Source: an uncultured Acidimicrobiia bacterium
GTDB taxonomy: Bacteria; Actinomycetota; Acidimicrobiia; Spongiisociales; UBA5794
Assembly (NCBI GenBank): GCA_963714055.1
Contig: OY970227.1
Location: 2,933,330 to 2,997,329 of the forward strand
Direction: 5' to 3'
Length of the DNA stretch: 64,000 bases
Of the stretch, positions 21,523-31,211 are shown piece after piece. The notes under the pieces were generated by a model. That model was not told the origin of the DNA and ran no database searches. It worked only from the letters and a program-made list of their open reading frames with translations. The translations under genes were made by a program, and so were the position numbers. Position 1 is the first letter of the stretch. The number at the start of each line of letters is the position of its first letter.

Positions 21523-21524
21523 GC

Positions 21525-22493
21525 TCAGGCCCGGGCGTGCCCCCAGGCGGCCTCGATCCTGTCGACCAGGTCGTCGGGTGCTCCGAGGACGGTGTGGCCC
21601 AGGGAGAAGGCTCTGGTCTGGAGGCGGTGCCGGCGCTCCTCAACCGCACCGAGCACCCGGTCCCGCCACCGCTCGTCGGGGACCAGGTCGGGCTGGGTGT
21701 CGACGAGGGACTCCAGCACGGCCAGGTCGTGCTCGTCGCCGAGGACGTCGCCCAGCTCCTGGAGGCGGCCGGCCACGGCACCGAACAGCTCTTCCCACAC
21801 CGGCTGCACGATCTCCATGTGGTGGCGCAGGTACTTGACATCCTTGCGCCACTGGTGCAGGAGATGGGCGGTCGGCCTCGCCTCGGCGACGTCCATGTCC
21901 GTCGCCGCGCGACGGGCGATGCGGGCCAAACCCGGGCGGATCGAGGCGAATTGGTCGGGGAAGGCGCCGTCGCCGACGACCGGGAATCGGGCCACTCGTG
22001 ACCGGAAGGCCAGCAGTGTTGTCACGGTGTCGGTCCGCAGCTGCCGGTCGGACCCGATCTCCGTGCGCAGCGCGTCGGCGCGGGCGTCGAGGATCGCCAC
22101 CAGCCGTCGCCCCAGCAACTCGCCGAACAGCTCGGTGTCATCGGTGAGGTCGGAGGCGACGCCGGCGGTGACCGCCGCCTCGCGCAAGGGCGACCAGCGG
22201 CGGGCGGTGTCCCGGATCACCACGTTCTCCTGGCGATAGCGGAACCGGCCCAGCTCGCCCCTCGTCAGGCGCAGCACCGCCCGCACCCGCTTCAGCGCCT
22301 TGCGCAGCTCGTGCACGCACCGGTCGAGGTCGGGCTCGTGGCGGAGCAGGTCGGTGCACCGGTCGACCTGCTCGATCACGATCCGGCGCATCCCCAGCGC
22401 CAACGGCTCGCCGACACCGAGGCGGAAGCCCTCGGCCGGCCGGAGCGGTGAGACGGCGGGCAGTGGAGCATGCGTTCGCTCGAGCTCGGTCAC
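21525..22493 (-). CDS. CHAD domain-containing protein
   Basis: GAAGGAG RBS then GTG 22493. Conserved CHAD helices VHELRKALKRVRAVLRL...HQWRKDVKYLRHHMEI. Confidence 0.6.
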   Translation of the reverse strand: MTELERTHAPLPAVSPLRPAEGFRLGVGEPLALGMRRIVIEQVDRCTDLLRHEPDLDRCVHELRKALKRVRAVLRLTRGELGRFRYRQENVVIRDTARRWSPLREAAVTAGVASDLTDDTELFGELLGRRLVAILDARADALRTEIGSDRQLRTDTVTTLLAFRSRVARFPVVGDGAFPDQFASIRPGLARIARRAATDMDVAEARPTAHLLHQWRKDVKYLRHHMEIVQPVWEELFGAVAGRLQELGDVLGDEHDLAVLESLVDTQPDLVPDERWRDRVLGAVEERRHRLQTRAFSLGHTVLGAPDDLVDRIEAAWGHARA

Positions 22494-22602
22494 GTCGGCT
22501 CCTTCGGGGGAAGTGGCACCACCAAGGCTACCAGCGAGGGTGCTCCCGAGATGGTTGCCCGAGAGCACCGGCCGTCCGTATCGTCCCCGCCCGGAGGTGG
22601 TC

Positions 22603-23958
22603 ATGGCGGCGATCGTGAAGAACGACAGGCGCACCGTCTTCGGGTGGGCCATGTACGACTGGGCCAACTCCGCCTACATCACCACCGCCGGAGCCATCGT
22701 CGCCGCCTTCTTCACCGGCGAGATCGTCCCGGAAGACGGCTACGCCGGCATGTCGGGCGAGACCCTGTGGGCATACGCCGTCTCGATCGGCTCGCTCGTC
22801 CTGTTCCTGTCGATGCCGGTGCTCGGTGCCGTGGCCGACTTCGCCGGGGCCAAGCGCGCCTTTCTCCGCGCCTTCGCCTTCATCGGGGCGGTGACGACGA
22901 TGGCGGTTCCGTTCGTGCCGACCGGGGCGGTGCTGGCCTTCGTCGGAGTGTTCCTGGTGACGCAGGTGGGGTTCAGCGGCTCCATCGTCTTCTCCGACTC
23001 GTACCTGCCCCACATCTCCACCGACGACACCATCGATCGGGTGTCCTCCCGCGGCTACGCGCTGGGCTACGTGGGAGGCGGGTTGTACCTGTTGCTGGCG
23101 TTGGTCCTGATCCTGCTCAGCGGCGACGACGGAGCCACCGGCCTGTCCACCGAGACGGCCGCCCGGATCACCATCTTCGGCTCCGGGGTGTGGTGGCTGG
23201 GATTCACCATCTTCGCCCTGAGGCGCCTCCCCGAGCCGGGCAGGCCCGAGCAACTGCCCGCTGAGCTGCAGGGCGGGTCGCTCGTCGCCTTTGCCCGGGT
23301 CGGGTTCGCCCGCACCGTGGGCACCGCCCGCAAGCTGATCGGCTTCCGCCACCTGATGCTGTTCGTGCTCGCCTTCCTCTTCTACAACGACGGCGTGCAG
23401 ACGGTGATCGACGTGTCGGGCGCCTACGCCGAGGACACGTTGGGGCTGGCCACCGAGGAGATCGTCATCGCCTTCCTCATCGTCCAGTTCGTCGCCTATT
23501 TCGGGGCGCTCGGGTTCGGCGTCCTGGCCGACCGGATCGGGACCAGGCCGGCGATCATGGTGGCGCTGGCCGGCTGGTCGCTCATCGCCGTCGGCGGCTA
23601 CCTGCTGCCCGCCGGGGAGACGACGCCGCTGTACGTGCTGGCGGTGTTCATCGGGATCGTGCTCGGCGGGGTGCAGGCATTGAGCCGCAGCCTGTACGGG
23701 TCCATGATCCCCGAGGAGGCGTCCGCCGAGTTCTACGGGTTCTTCTCGGTGTTCTCCAAGTTCTCGGCGATCTTCGGCCCCTTGGTGTTCGCCGTCGTCT
23801 CCGATCAGGCCGACTCGGGACGGCCGGCGATCCTGTCGATCGTCGCCTTCTTCGTCATCGGGATGGCCATCCTGAGTCGGGTCGACGTCGGCGCCGCCCG
23901 GGCTTCACGCGGCGAGTGGCACTTCGCCGGGTCCGAGGTGGAGGTCTCCCGGGACTGA
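22603..23958 (+). CDS. MFS transporter (UMF1/YxiO-like)
   Basis: RBS GGAGG, ATG 22603; 12 predicted TM segments; motif WAMYDWANSAY. Confidence 0.7.
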   Translation: MAAIVKNDRRTVFGWAMYDWANSAYITTAGAIVAAFFTGEIVPEDGYAGMSGETLWAYAVSIGSLVLFLSMPVLGAVADFAGAKRAFLRAFAFIGAVTTMAVPFVPTGAVLAFVGVFLVTQVGFSGSIVFSDSYLPHISTDDTIDRVSSRGYALGYVGGGLYLLLALVLILLSGDDGATGLSTETAARITIFGSGVWWLGFTIFALRRLPEPGRPEQLPAELQGGSLVAFARVGFARTVGTARKLIGFRHLMLFVLAFLFYNDGVQTVIDVSGAYAEDTLGLATEEIVIAFLIVQFVAYFGALGFGVLADRIGTRPAIMVALAGWSLIAVGGYLLPAGETTPLYVLAVFIGIVLGGVQALSRSLYGSMIPEEASAEFYGFFSVFSKFSAIFGPLVFAVVSDQADSGRPAILSIVAFFVIGMAILSRVDVGAARASRGEWHFAGSEVEVSRD

Positions 23959-24092
23959 GCTTCTACCCGGGCCGACTTCGGCGGCTCACGCCGCCGAACA
24001 GACGCTGGTCGGCCCTCCTCCGCATGTGGGGCCCCTACCCCACAGCGGCCGTGCCGGCCGCATTACTAGCAGTCGTCGCTAGCTTCGATGAG

Positions 24093-25335
24093 ATGCGGCG
24101 GCGTCGGCTGGCCGGGTTGGCGGTGTTGATCGTGGTTCTGGGCGGTTGCTCGGCCGCTCCCGAAGCCGACCCATCCACGACCGCGGTCGCTGCGGTGACT
24201 ACGTCGACCGAAGCACCGGCCGCTGCCGTGACCACGACGCTGCCGCCCTCGACGACCGCCGCGCCGGGCACCACCAGCGTCCCGTCAACCACCTCGACCA
24301 CCCGGCCACCGCCTCCCTCGCCCGGAGATCTGGTCCTGGTCCCGGTGGTCGATGGCCTGGAGCAGCCGGTCCTGGCGCTGGCGCCACCCGGCTCTCGCCG
24401 GCTCTACGTCGTCGACCAGGTGGGGCGCATCGTCACCGCCGGTGGCGAGGTGGTGCTCGACATCGCCGATCGGGTGCTGTTCCAGGGGGAGCAGGGCTTG
24501 CTCGGGCTGGCCTTCCCTGACGACTTCGCCACCACGGGGCGGCTGATCGTCAACTACATCGACCTGTCGGGGGACACCAAGGTTTCCGAGTTCACTGTCG
24601 GGGACCCGGACAGCGAGCGGCTGATCATCGGCATGGACCAGCCCGCCGCCAACCACAACGGCGGGATGATCGCCTTCGGGCCCGACGGCAATCTGTGGAT
24701 CGGCATGGGCGACGGTGGCGGTGCCGGCGACGACTTCGGCAATGGGCAGAACGCCGCATCGCTGCTGGGTGGGATGCTGCGGATCGACCTGGACGGCGAT
24801 CCGTACGCCATCCCGGACGACAACCCGGGCCTCGACGGTTGGCTCGCGGAGAAGTGGGCGATCGGGCTGCGCAACCCGTGGCGGTGGGCGTTCGACGGTG
24901 ACGACCTGTGGATCGCCGACGTCGGCCAGGGATCCTGGGAGGAGGTCAACGTCGTCGACGTCGGCGACAGTGGTCGTGGCCTCAACTTCGGGTGGCCGGT
25001 GTTGGAAGGCACCCACTGCTACGCCAACGTCCCCTGCGACGACGCCGGGACGGTGGTCCCGGTTGCCGAGTACTCACACAGCGACGGGTGCTCGGTCACC
25101 GGCGGGTTCGTCTACCGGGGGAGCGCCATCCCCGGGCTCGATGGCCACTACTTCTTCGGCGACTACTGCGGGGGCTGGGTCCGCAGCCTGGTGCCGGCGC
25201 GCCGGGGGCTTCGAGGAGACGCAGTGGTTCCCGCCGGGGACGGTCACCGGTCTCACCGGGTTCGGTGTCGACGGTGACGGCGAGCTGTACGTCACCAGCG
25301 TCGACGGCTCCGTGTACCGGATCGAGCAGGGCTGA
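24093..25335 (+). CDS. PQQ-dependent sugar dehydrogenase (soluble glucose/sorbosone dehydrogenase family), lipoprotein; frameshifted
   Basis: Lipobox LIVVLGGCSAA. GMDQPAANHNGGMIAFGPDGNLWIGMGDGG...GLRNPWRWAFD...NFGWPVLEG...HSDGCSVTGGFVYRG. The C-terminal 45 aa (FEETQWFPPGTVTGLTGFGVDGDGELYVTSVDGSVYRIEQG) are in the frame of ORF 24715..25335. Shift near 25191-25210 in a GCGCGCCGGGGG run. Confidence 0.65.
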
Positions 25336-25387
25336 GCGGCGCAGTCCCCACGCCGGAGTCGTCGCCACCGATAGGCTCACCGGCCAC

Positions 25388-26291
25388 ATGACCGATCGCA
25401 TCGTGGTGGTGGGCTCGATCAACCGCGACACCGTCGTCGGGGTCGACCGCATCCCGGTGGCGGGCGAGACCGTGCTCGGTCGCCACCTCGGCTCCTTCCC
25501 CGGCGGCAAGGGCGCCAACCAGGCGGTGGCGGCCGCCCGGCTCGGGCGTCAGGTGGCGATGGTGGGGCGGGTTGGGTCGGACGCCTTCGGTACCGCCGCC
25601 CTCGAGGGCATGGCGGCGGAGGGCATCGACACCACCGAGGTCGGGATCGACGCCGAGCTGCCCACCGGCTCGGCGACCATTCTGGTCGACGCCGGCGGGG
25701 AGAACAGCATCGTCGCCGTCCCTGGTGCCAATGGGAGGCTCGGCGCCGCGGAGATCGAATCGGCCGCCGCGGTGCTGGAGGCGGCGGCCGTTGTCCTCGT
25801 CCAGTTGGAGGTGCCGATCGAGGCGGTGGCGGCAACGTTGCGGTGGAGCGGCGGGACCGTGATCGTGCAACGCCGCTCCCGCCCGGCCGCTCCCGGAGGA
25901 GATCATGGGCGGCGCCGGTGTCCTCGTTGTCAACCGATCCGAGCTCGCCGTGCTCGGGGGCGGGCCCGAGGCGTCCACACCGGGCGAAGTCGTCGATCGA
26001 GCCGGTCGCCTCGGCTTCCACGGCTCGGTGGTGGTCACCATGGGAGCCGCCGGCGCGGTGGTGCTCACCGCCGCCGGGGTCACCGAGGTACCCTCGATCC
26101 CGGTCGACGTGGTCGACACCACCGGTGCCGGCGATGCCTTCTGTGGTGGGCTGGCCGACGGCCTCGCCCGGGGCACCACCCTGGTGGAAGCGACCCGGTG
26201 GGCGGTGCGGGTGGCGGCCCTCGCCACCACTCGCCTCGGTGCCCAGGAGGCGCTGCCCACCACCGAAGAGGTGGATCAGCAAGGAGCGTGA
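25388..26291 (+). CDS. rbsK: Ribokinase (PfkB family); frameshifted
   Basis: N-terminus MTDRIVVVGSINRDTVV...GGKGANQAVAAARLG. C-terminus in the other frame: VLVVNRSELAVLGG...DTTGAGDAFCGGLADGLA. Shift near 25861-25875. Its stop overlaps the GTG of the next gene. Confidence 0.65.
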
Positions 26292-27220
26292 GCGTGCGGC
26301 GGATCATCATCGACACCGACCCGGGACAGGACGACGCCGTCGCCATCCTCACCGCCCTGGCGTCACCCGAGCTCGACGTGGCGGCGATCACCACCGTCGC
26401 CGGCAACGTCCCGCTCGAGCGCACCACCAACAACGCCCTCGCCATGGTCGAGCTGGCCGGCCGTCCCGACGTGCCGGTCTACGCCGGGTGCCGGCGACCG
26501 ATGGTGCGGCAGCTGGTGACCGCCGAGTACGTGCACGGTCCCACCGGGATCGACGGGGCGGACCTGCCCGCCCCCGGCATCTCGGCTGCGTCGGGGCACG
26601 CCGTCGACGCCCTCGTCGACCTCCTGCTGGCCGCAGAGGCGACCACGGTGTGCCTGCTCGGCCCGCAGACCAACCTGGCGATGGCGATGGTGAAGGAGCC
26701 CTCGATCGTCGACCACATCGACGAGGTGGTGCTGATGGGCGGCGGCTTCTTCGAGGGGGGCAACACCACCCCGGCCGCCGAGTTCAACATCTACGTCGAT
26801 CCGCACGCCGCCCACGTGGTCTTCTCCAGCGGCGTCCCCATCACGATGATGCCGCTCGACGTGACCCACCGGGCGCTGACCACCGACGCCCGCATCGCCC
26901 GGTTCCGTGGGCTGGGGACGGCGGCCGGCGACGCCACCGCCGGGATGCTCGACTTCTATGACCGGCACGACGAGGCCAAGTACGGCACCGAGGGCGGCCC
27001 CCTGCACGACCCGTGCGTCGTCGCCTACCTGCTTCGTCCCGAGCTCTTCACCGGCCGGCGGTGCAACGTCGCCATCGAGCACCGGTCGGAGCAGACGATG
27101 GGGATGACCCTGGTCGACTGGTGGGGGGTGACCGGCGCCGAGGCCAATGCCCGGGTGATGCGGTGGATCGACGCCGACGGCTTCTACGACCTGCTGGTGG
27201 AGCGCATCGGCCGGCTGTGA
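26288..27220 (+). CDS. Nucleoside hydrolase (IUNH/RihA-like)
   Basis: RBS AAGGAG, GTG 26288. Signature IIIDTDPGQDDAVAIL. This is the C-terminal part of the artefactual 770-aa ORF. Confidence 0.8.
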   Translation: MSVRRIIIDTDPGQDDAVAILTALASPELDVAAITTVAGNVPLERTTNNALAMVELAGRPDVPVYAGCRRPMVRQLVTAEYVHGPTGIDGADLPAPGISAASGHAVDALVDLLLAAEATTVCLLGPQTNLAMAMVKEPSIVDHIDEVVLMGGGFFEGGNTTPAAEFNIYVDPHAAHVVFSSGVPITMMPLDVTHRALTTDARIARFRGLGTAAGDATAGMLDFYDRHDEAKYGTEGGPLHDPCVVAYLLRPELFTGRRCNVAIEHRSEQTMGMTLVDWWGVTGAEANARVMRWIDADGFYDLLVERIGRL

Positions 27221-27321
27221 CCGGACCGATCATCGACAAACTTTGAGCGAGTGACGCCACCAGATGGCTTCAATCGCACAAAGTTCGCCCAGGCGGGAAT
27301 GTCGCTCCGCAGTGCCGGGTT

Positions 27322-27330
27322 TGTGTCACA
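27322..27330. promoter_or_regulatory. Palindrome TGTGTCACA about 25 bp upstream of the NurA start
   Basis: Perfect 9-bp palindrome in the only sizeable intergenic gap before the NurA-HerA-Mre11-Rad50 operon. No mycobacterial-type LexA box (TCGAAC-N4-GTTCGA) seen. Confidence 0.2.
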
Positions 27331-27352
27331 CCCCGTTCCTACCATTCCCACC

Positions 27353-28315
27353 ATGACCGAGTTGTTCGTGGAGGCGTGGGCGCCGGAGTACGGGAATCCC
27401 TTCGAGGCCGATCTCGAGCTGGCCGATCCGTCCAAGGTGGACGACACCGTCGAGGTCGCATCGACCTGGGACCCGATCCCGGGCGTCGACGACGGGATCG
27501 CCACCGTGGCGTTCGTCGACGGGGTGCGAAGGATCGACGCCAGGCTCACGCTCGACGCGCCCGGGGGCCCGATCCCGGGCATCTGCGGGACCTACGCCGT
27601 CGGCGCCGCCACCTGGCGGCGCGACATCCCCCGCACCGACATCGATCGGGTGAGGGTCGACCGGCTGGCCGTGTTCGGGCACGGGGCGGCCGCCCCGGTG
27701 CCGGTGGCGGGGCCGCAGCTCGCCTACCGGTCGGAGTCGGTACCGGGGAGCGACGCCCAGGAGCTGATCCAGCGCTTCCACGGCGCCATGCGGAAGGCCG
27801 AGGCGGTCCTGTCGGAGGCGCTGGCCCAAGAGGGGTGCTTCGTCGTCGCCGACGGCCCGATCAACGATCTCTCCGCCACCGAGAAGGTCGGGTTCATCAA
27901 GACGCATCGGGCGCCCTACCTCCCGCCGGAGCGGATCCCGGTCGTCGCCGCTCTCCGGCGGGCGGAGCGGACCCCGCTGTTCCTCATCGGCAAGGAGGGG
28001 GCCTACCCGCGGTACTCCTGGTACCAGCGTCTCGCCACCCTGCCAGACGCGCACTCCTGGAGCGGTGTCGTCCGGTGCGAGGTGTCCAGCCATCTCGACC
28101 TGGCGACGGCACGGCGCATCGCCGACCGGACCGCCGCCATCCTGCCGCTGGTGGGCTCCGAGCCGCAGGTTGAGCCGCGAGCACCGCAGAACCTGGTGCC
28201 CATCGGGGCGCTCGAGCGGCACCTCCGTCGCCACATGGGTGAGCCCGGGTTCGTCAACCGTGCGCTACGGTCGGCGGTGACGCGACAGCGCCGGGCAACG
28301 GGGGTGACGGCATGA
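27353..28315 (+). CDS. nurA: NurA-like 5'-3' nuclease (RNase H-fold)
   Basis: About 320 aa. D-containing motif IATVAFVDGVRRIDARL resembles NurA motif I (vaiDGS). Sits immediately upstream of, and ATGA-coupled to, a HerA-type ATPase and then Mre11-Rad50. Start is uncertain (ATG 27251 and ATG 27353 both possible). The call rests mainly on context. Confidence 0.5.
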   Translation: MTELFVEAWAPEYGNPFEADLELADPSKVDDTVEVASTWDPIPGVDDGIATVAFVDGVRRIDARLTLDAPGGPIPGICGTYAVGAATWRRDIPRTDIDRVRVDRLAVFGHGAAAPVPVAGPQLAYRSESVPGSDAQELIQRFHGAMRKAEAVLSEALAQEGCFVVADGPINDLSATEKVGFIKTHRAPYLPPERIPVVAALRRAERTPLFLIGKEGAYPRYSWYQRLATLPDAHSWSGVVRCEVSSHLDLATARRIADRTAAILPLVGSEPQVEPRAPQNLVPIGALERHLRRHMGEPGFVNRALRSAVTRQRRATGVTA

Positions 28316-30045
28316 GCGAAGGTGGCGCCGGAGTCGGTCGTGTGCTCGGCACCCAGCACACCACCACCAGCGGGTTCCGCGTCGTGCTCGACGACGACGA
28401 CTACCTCCAGCTCGACGATCTGGTGGTGGTCCGCACCCAGGTGCCGAAGGGTGGCGAGGTGCGCACCTACGGAGTGGTCACCGAGAGCGAGGCGATCTAC
28501 GAGGGGGCCCAGTACGAGTCGGACACCCACCGGATCGCCGCCGAGGGCATCCTGCCGGCCGCCAAGGTGCGGTCGGCGCAGGTGGCGGTGACCCGGGTCG
28601 ATCCCGAGATCTGGGTATCGCCGGATCCGGGGGAGGTGGTGGAGCGCGCCGCCGGCGCCGAGCGGGCCAAGGCCCTCTACCTCGACCAGATGGAGCGTGC
28701 CCTGCCCATCGGGCTGGGCCGCGACGGCGAGCCGGTGTACGTCGACCTCGACTTCTTCGACGGGAGGAAGGGCGGGCACATGTCCATCTCGGGTATCTCC
28801 GGGGTGGCGACCAAGACGTCCTTCGCCTTGTTCTTCCTCAGGTTGCTCAGCGGCCGGCCCGACATCGTGGGCGAAGGCGCCGCCAACCTCCGCATCCTGG
28901 TCTTCAACGTCAAGGGCGAGGATCTGCTCTGGCTCGACCGGCCCAACCGCTTCTTCGATCCCGAGGCGGCCACCGTCTGGGAGCGGCTCGGGGTCGCCGC
29001 CGGGCCCTTCCCCTCGGTGGCGTTCTGGGCGCCGCCGCGGTCGTCGTCGGGCGACACCGTGATCCCGGACATCGGGGGGCGCCTCGAAGGTGTTGCCGCC
29101 TTCACCTGGACACCGCGGGAGTTCATCGACGAAGGGCTGTTGCGGTTCCTGTTCACCGATGCCGCCGACTCCCGCAACCAGATCCCGTTCATCGAGGAGC
29201 GGGTCAGGGCGCAGCTCCGCCGGTTCGCGGTGGACGTCGAGGGCCTGCCGGGAGCGGTGGTCCTGCGCGACCCGTCGGTCGAGTCGTTCCGGCCCGGCGA
29301 GCGGGCGGTGGCCCACCAGGGCGAGCGGGTGATCACCGATCTGCGGACCCTGGTCGAGGCGGTCACCGAGTTCGTCGACCCTGATGACGGGTCGGAGCCC
29401 GATCAGAAATGGACCGGTCGGGTGCAGGCAGGCACCGTCTCGGCGTTCGCCCGCAGGCTCCACGCCGCGGTCAGTCGCCTCGGTCACCTGGTGCGGGCCG
29501 GGGAGAGCAGGAGGATCGACCGCGCGGCCGCCCAGGTCACCGTGGTCGGCATCCAGTCGCTCCACGACCTCGGCCAGCGCTTCGTCGTTGGGGCGCTGCT
29601 CGCCGAGACGTTCGCCGAGAAGGAGAACACCGGCCAGCGGTTGCCGTTGTCGGTGGTGGTGCTCGACGAGCTCAACAAGTACGCCCCCCGCGACGGGTCG
29701 AGCGCCCTCAAGGACATGCTGGTGGACATCGCCCAACGGGGCCGTTCGCTCGGTGTCCTTCTCGTGGGCGCCCAGCAGACGGCGTCGCGGGTCGCCCAGG
29801 AGGTGATGGAGAACGCCGCCATCCGGGTCGCCGGCCGGCTCGATGCCGCCGAGGCCGAGAGGGCCGAGTACGGGTGGATGCTCCCGTCGACCCGGGCGAG
29901 GGCGCGCCTGCTCAAACCGGGGACGATGGTGGTGAGCCAGCCTTCGATCCCGGTGCCGCTGGTGGTCGAGTTCCCCTTCCCACCGTGGGCCACCCGCAAG
30001 GAGGAGGTCGACGACCGAGACGTCGACCCGTTCGCCGGCCTGTGA
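28312..30045 (+). CDS. herA: HerA-like FtsK/HerA-superfamily hexameric ATPase/helicase with a deviant Walker A
   Basis: N-terminal HAS-barrel-like beta region (GFRVVLDDDDYLQLDDLVVVRTQVPKGGEVRTYGVVTE). P-loop region HMSISGISGVATKTS, a deviant GxxGxxxKT rather than GTTGSGKS. Walker B LSVVVLDELNKYAP. 577 aa, typical of bacterial HerA. Confidence 0.6.
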   Translation: MSEGGAGVGRVLGTQHTTTSGFRVVLDDDDYLQLDDLVVVRTQVPKGGEVRTYGVVTESEAIYEGAQYESDTHRIAAEGILPAAKVRSAQVAVTRVDPEIWVSPDPGEVVERAAGAERAKALYLDQMERALPIGLGRDGEPVYVDLDFFDGRKGGHMSISGISGVATKTSFALFFLRLLSGRPDIVGEGAANLRILVFNVKGEDLLWLDRPNRFFDPEAATVWERLGVAAGPFPSVAFWAPPRSSSGDTVIPDIGGRLEGVAAFTWTPREFIDEGLLRFLFTDAADSRNQIPFIEERVRAQLRRFAVDVEGLPGAVVLRDPSVESFRPGERAVAHQGERVITDLRTLVEAVTEFVDPDDGSEPDQKWTGRVQAGTVSAFARRLHAAVSRLGHLVRAGESRRIDRAAAQVTVVGIQSLHDLGQRFVVGALLAETFAEKENTGQRLPLSVVVLDELNKYAPRDGSSALKDMLVDIAQRGRSLGVLLVGAQQTASRVAQEVMENAAIRVAGRLDAAEAERAEYGWMLPSTRARARLLKPGTMVVSQPSIPVPLVVEFPFPPWATRKEEVDDRDVDPFAGL

Positions 30046-31211
30046 AGGTCCTCCACACGTCCGACTGGCACGTCGGCAGACGCATCGGGCGCTACGACCG
30101 TTCCGAGGACCACCGCAACGTGATCGACGAGGTGGTGGGCATTGCCGACGCCGAGGACGTCGACCTGGTGCTCCACTCCGGCGACCTCTTCGACCGGCCC
30201 TTTCCCCCGGTCGAGTCGCTTCACATCGCCCTCGGGGGACTCGTCCGTCTCGCCGCCGGCGGACGGCGCCCGGTGGTGGTCATCGCCGGCAACCACGATT
30301 CGCCCGGTTTCTTCGAGGCGTTGGCTCCGTTCGTGCGCAGCACCGGCATCCACCTCGTGGGGGACGTCCATCGCCCGGACGAAGGCGCCGTGCTCGACCT
30401 CGAAACCGCCGCCGGCAGGGCGGTGGTCAGCTGTTTCCCGTTCCTGCGCGAGGGCCGCGCCTTCCACGCCTGGGAGCCGATCGACGAGCACTACAAGAAG
30501 TACGCCGATCGGCTGCGCGGCATATCCGAGGCGTACAGCGCCCACGCCTCGAAGGTGGCCGGCGCCGGCGCGGTGACGTTCCTCGTTGCCCACTTCCTGG
30601 TCGGCGGGGCCAAGGTCCACGGGCACGGGGCGGTCCGGGGAGAACGTGAGCTGCACATGGGCGAGGCCTATGCCGCCACCCCCGAGGCGATCCCACCGGG
30701 CCCGCAGTACGTGGCGCTGGGGCACATCCACGCCCCCCAGCGGGTGCCGGGCGCGAGGGTGCCGGCCGAGTACGCCGGGTCCCTGCTCGAGCTCGACTTC
30801 GGCGAGGCCGGCGAGCACAAGCGCGTCGTGGTCGTCGACGTCGAGCCGGGGCTGCCCGCCACGGTGCGCTCGATGCCGTTGTCCAGAGGGAGACGGCTGG
30901 TCCGGGCCAGGGGGGAGTGGGCCGACCTGGTCGCCCGCGACGACCTGAGGGAGGCCTACCTCGATATCACCGTAGAGACGGCCGGCCCCGATCCCGGCCT
31001 GGCGGAACGGGCGCTCGAAGAGTTCGACTTCGTGGTCAACGTCCGAGCGGAGTATCCCAAGGTCGAGGGAGAGCGCCCCCATCGGGCACATCGGACGCTC
31101 GACGACCTCTACGTCGACTACTGCACCGAAGGCGATGGAGTGGCGCCACCCGACGCCCTGGTGGCGGCATTCCGGTCGGTGATGGAGGAGGTCGCCGGTG
31201 CGCCCGCTTGA
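30042..31211 (+). CDS. sbcD: Mre11/SbcD nuclease (calcineurin-like phosphoesterase)
   Basis: GTGA overlap with herA. Phosphoesterase motifs DWHVG, GDLFD, GNHD, ...GHIH. Confidence 0.85.
   Translation: MKVLHTSDWHVGRRIGRYDRSEDHRNVIDEVVGIADAEDVDLVLHSGDLFDRPFPPVESLHIALGGLVRLAAGGRRPVVVIAGNHDSPGFFEALAPFVRSTGIHLVGDVHRPDEGAVLDLETAAGRAVVSCFPFLREGRAFHAWEPIDEHYKKYADRLRGISEAYSAHASKVAGAGAVTFLVAHFLVGGAKVHGHGAVRGERELHMGEAYAATPEAIPPGPQYVALGHIHAPQRVPGARVPAEYAGSLLELDFGEAGEHKRVVVVDVEPGLPATVRSMPLSRGRRLVRARGEWADLVARDDLREAYLDITVETAGPDPGLAERALEEFDFVVNVRAEYPKVEGERPHRAHRTLDDLYVDYCTEGDGVAPPDALVAAFRSVMEEVAGAPA

Noticed and set aside
24908-27220. The 770-aa ORF read as one ribokinase-nucleoside hydrolase fusion.
   Set aside because: The ribokinase C-terminal half is in another frame, where it ends with a stop overlapping the hydrolase GTG (26288). 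Two separate genes plus a frameshift explain the data better than a fusion.
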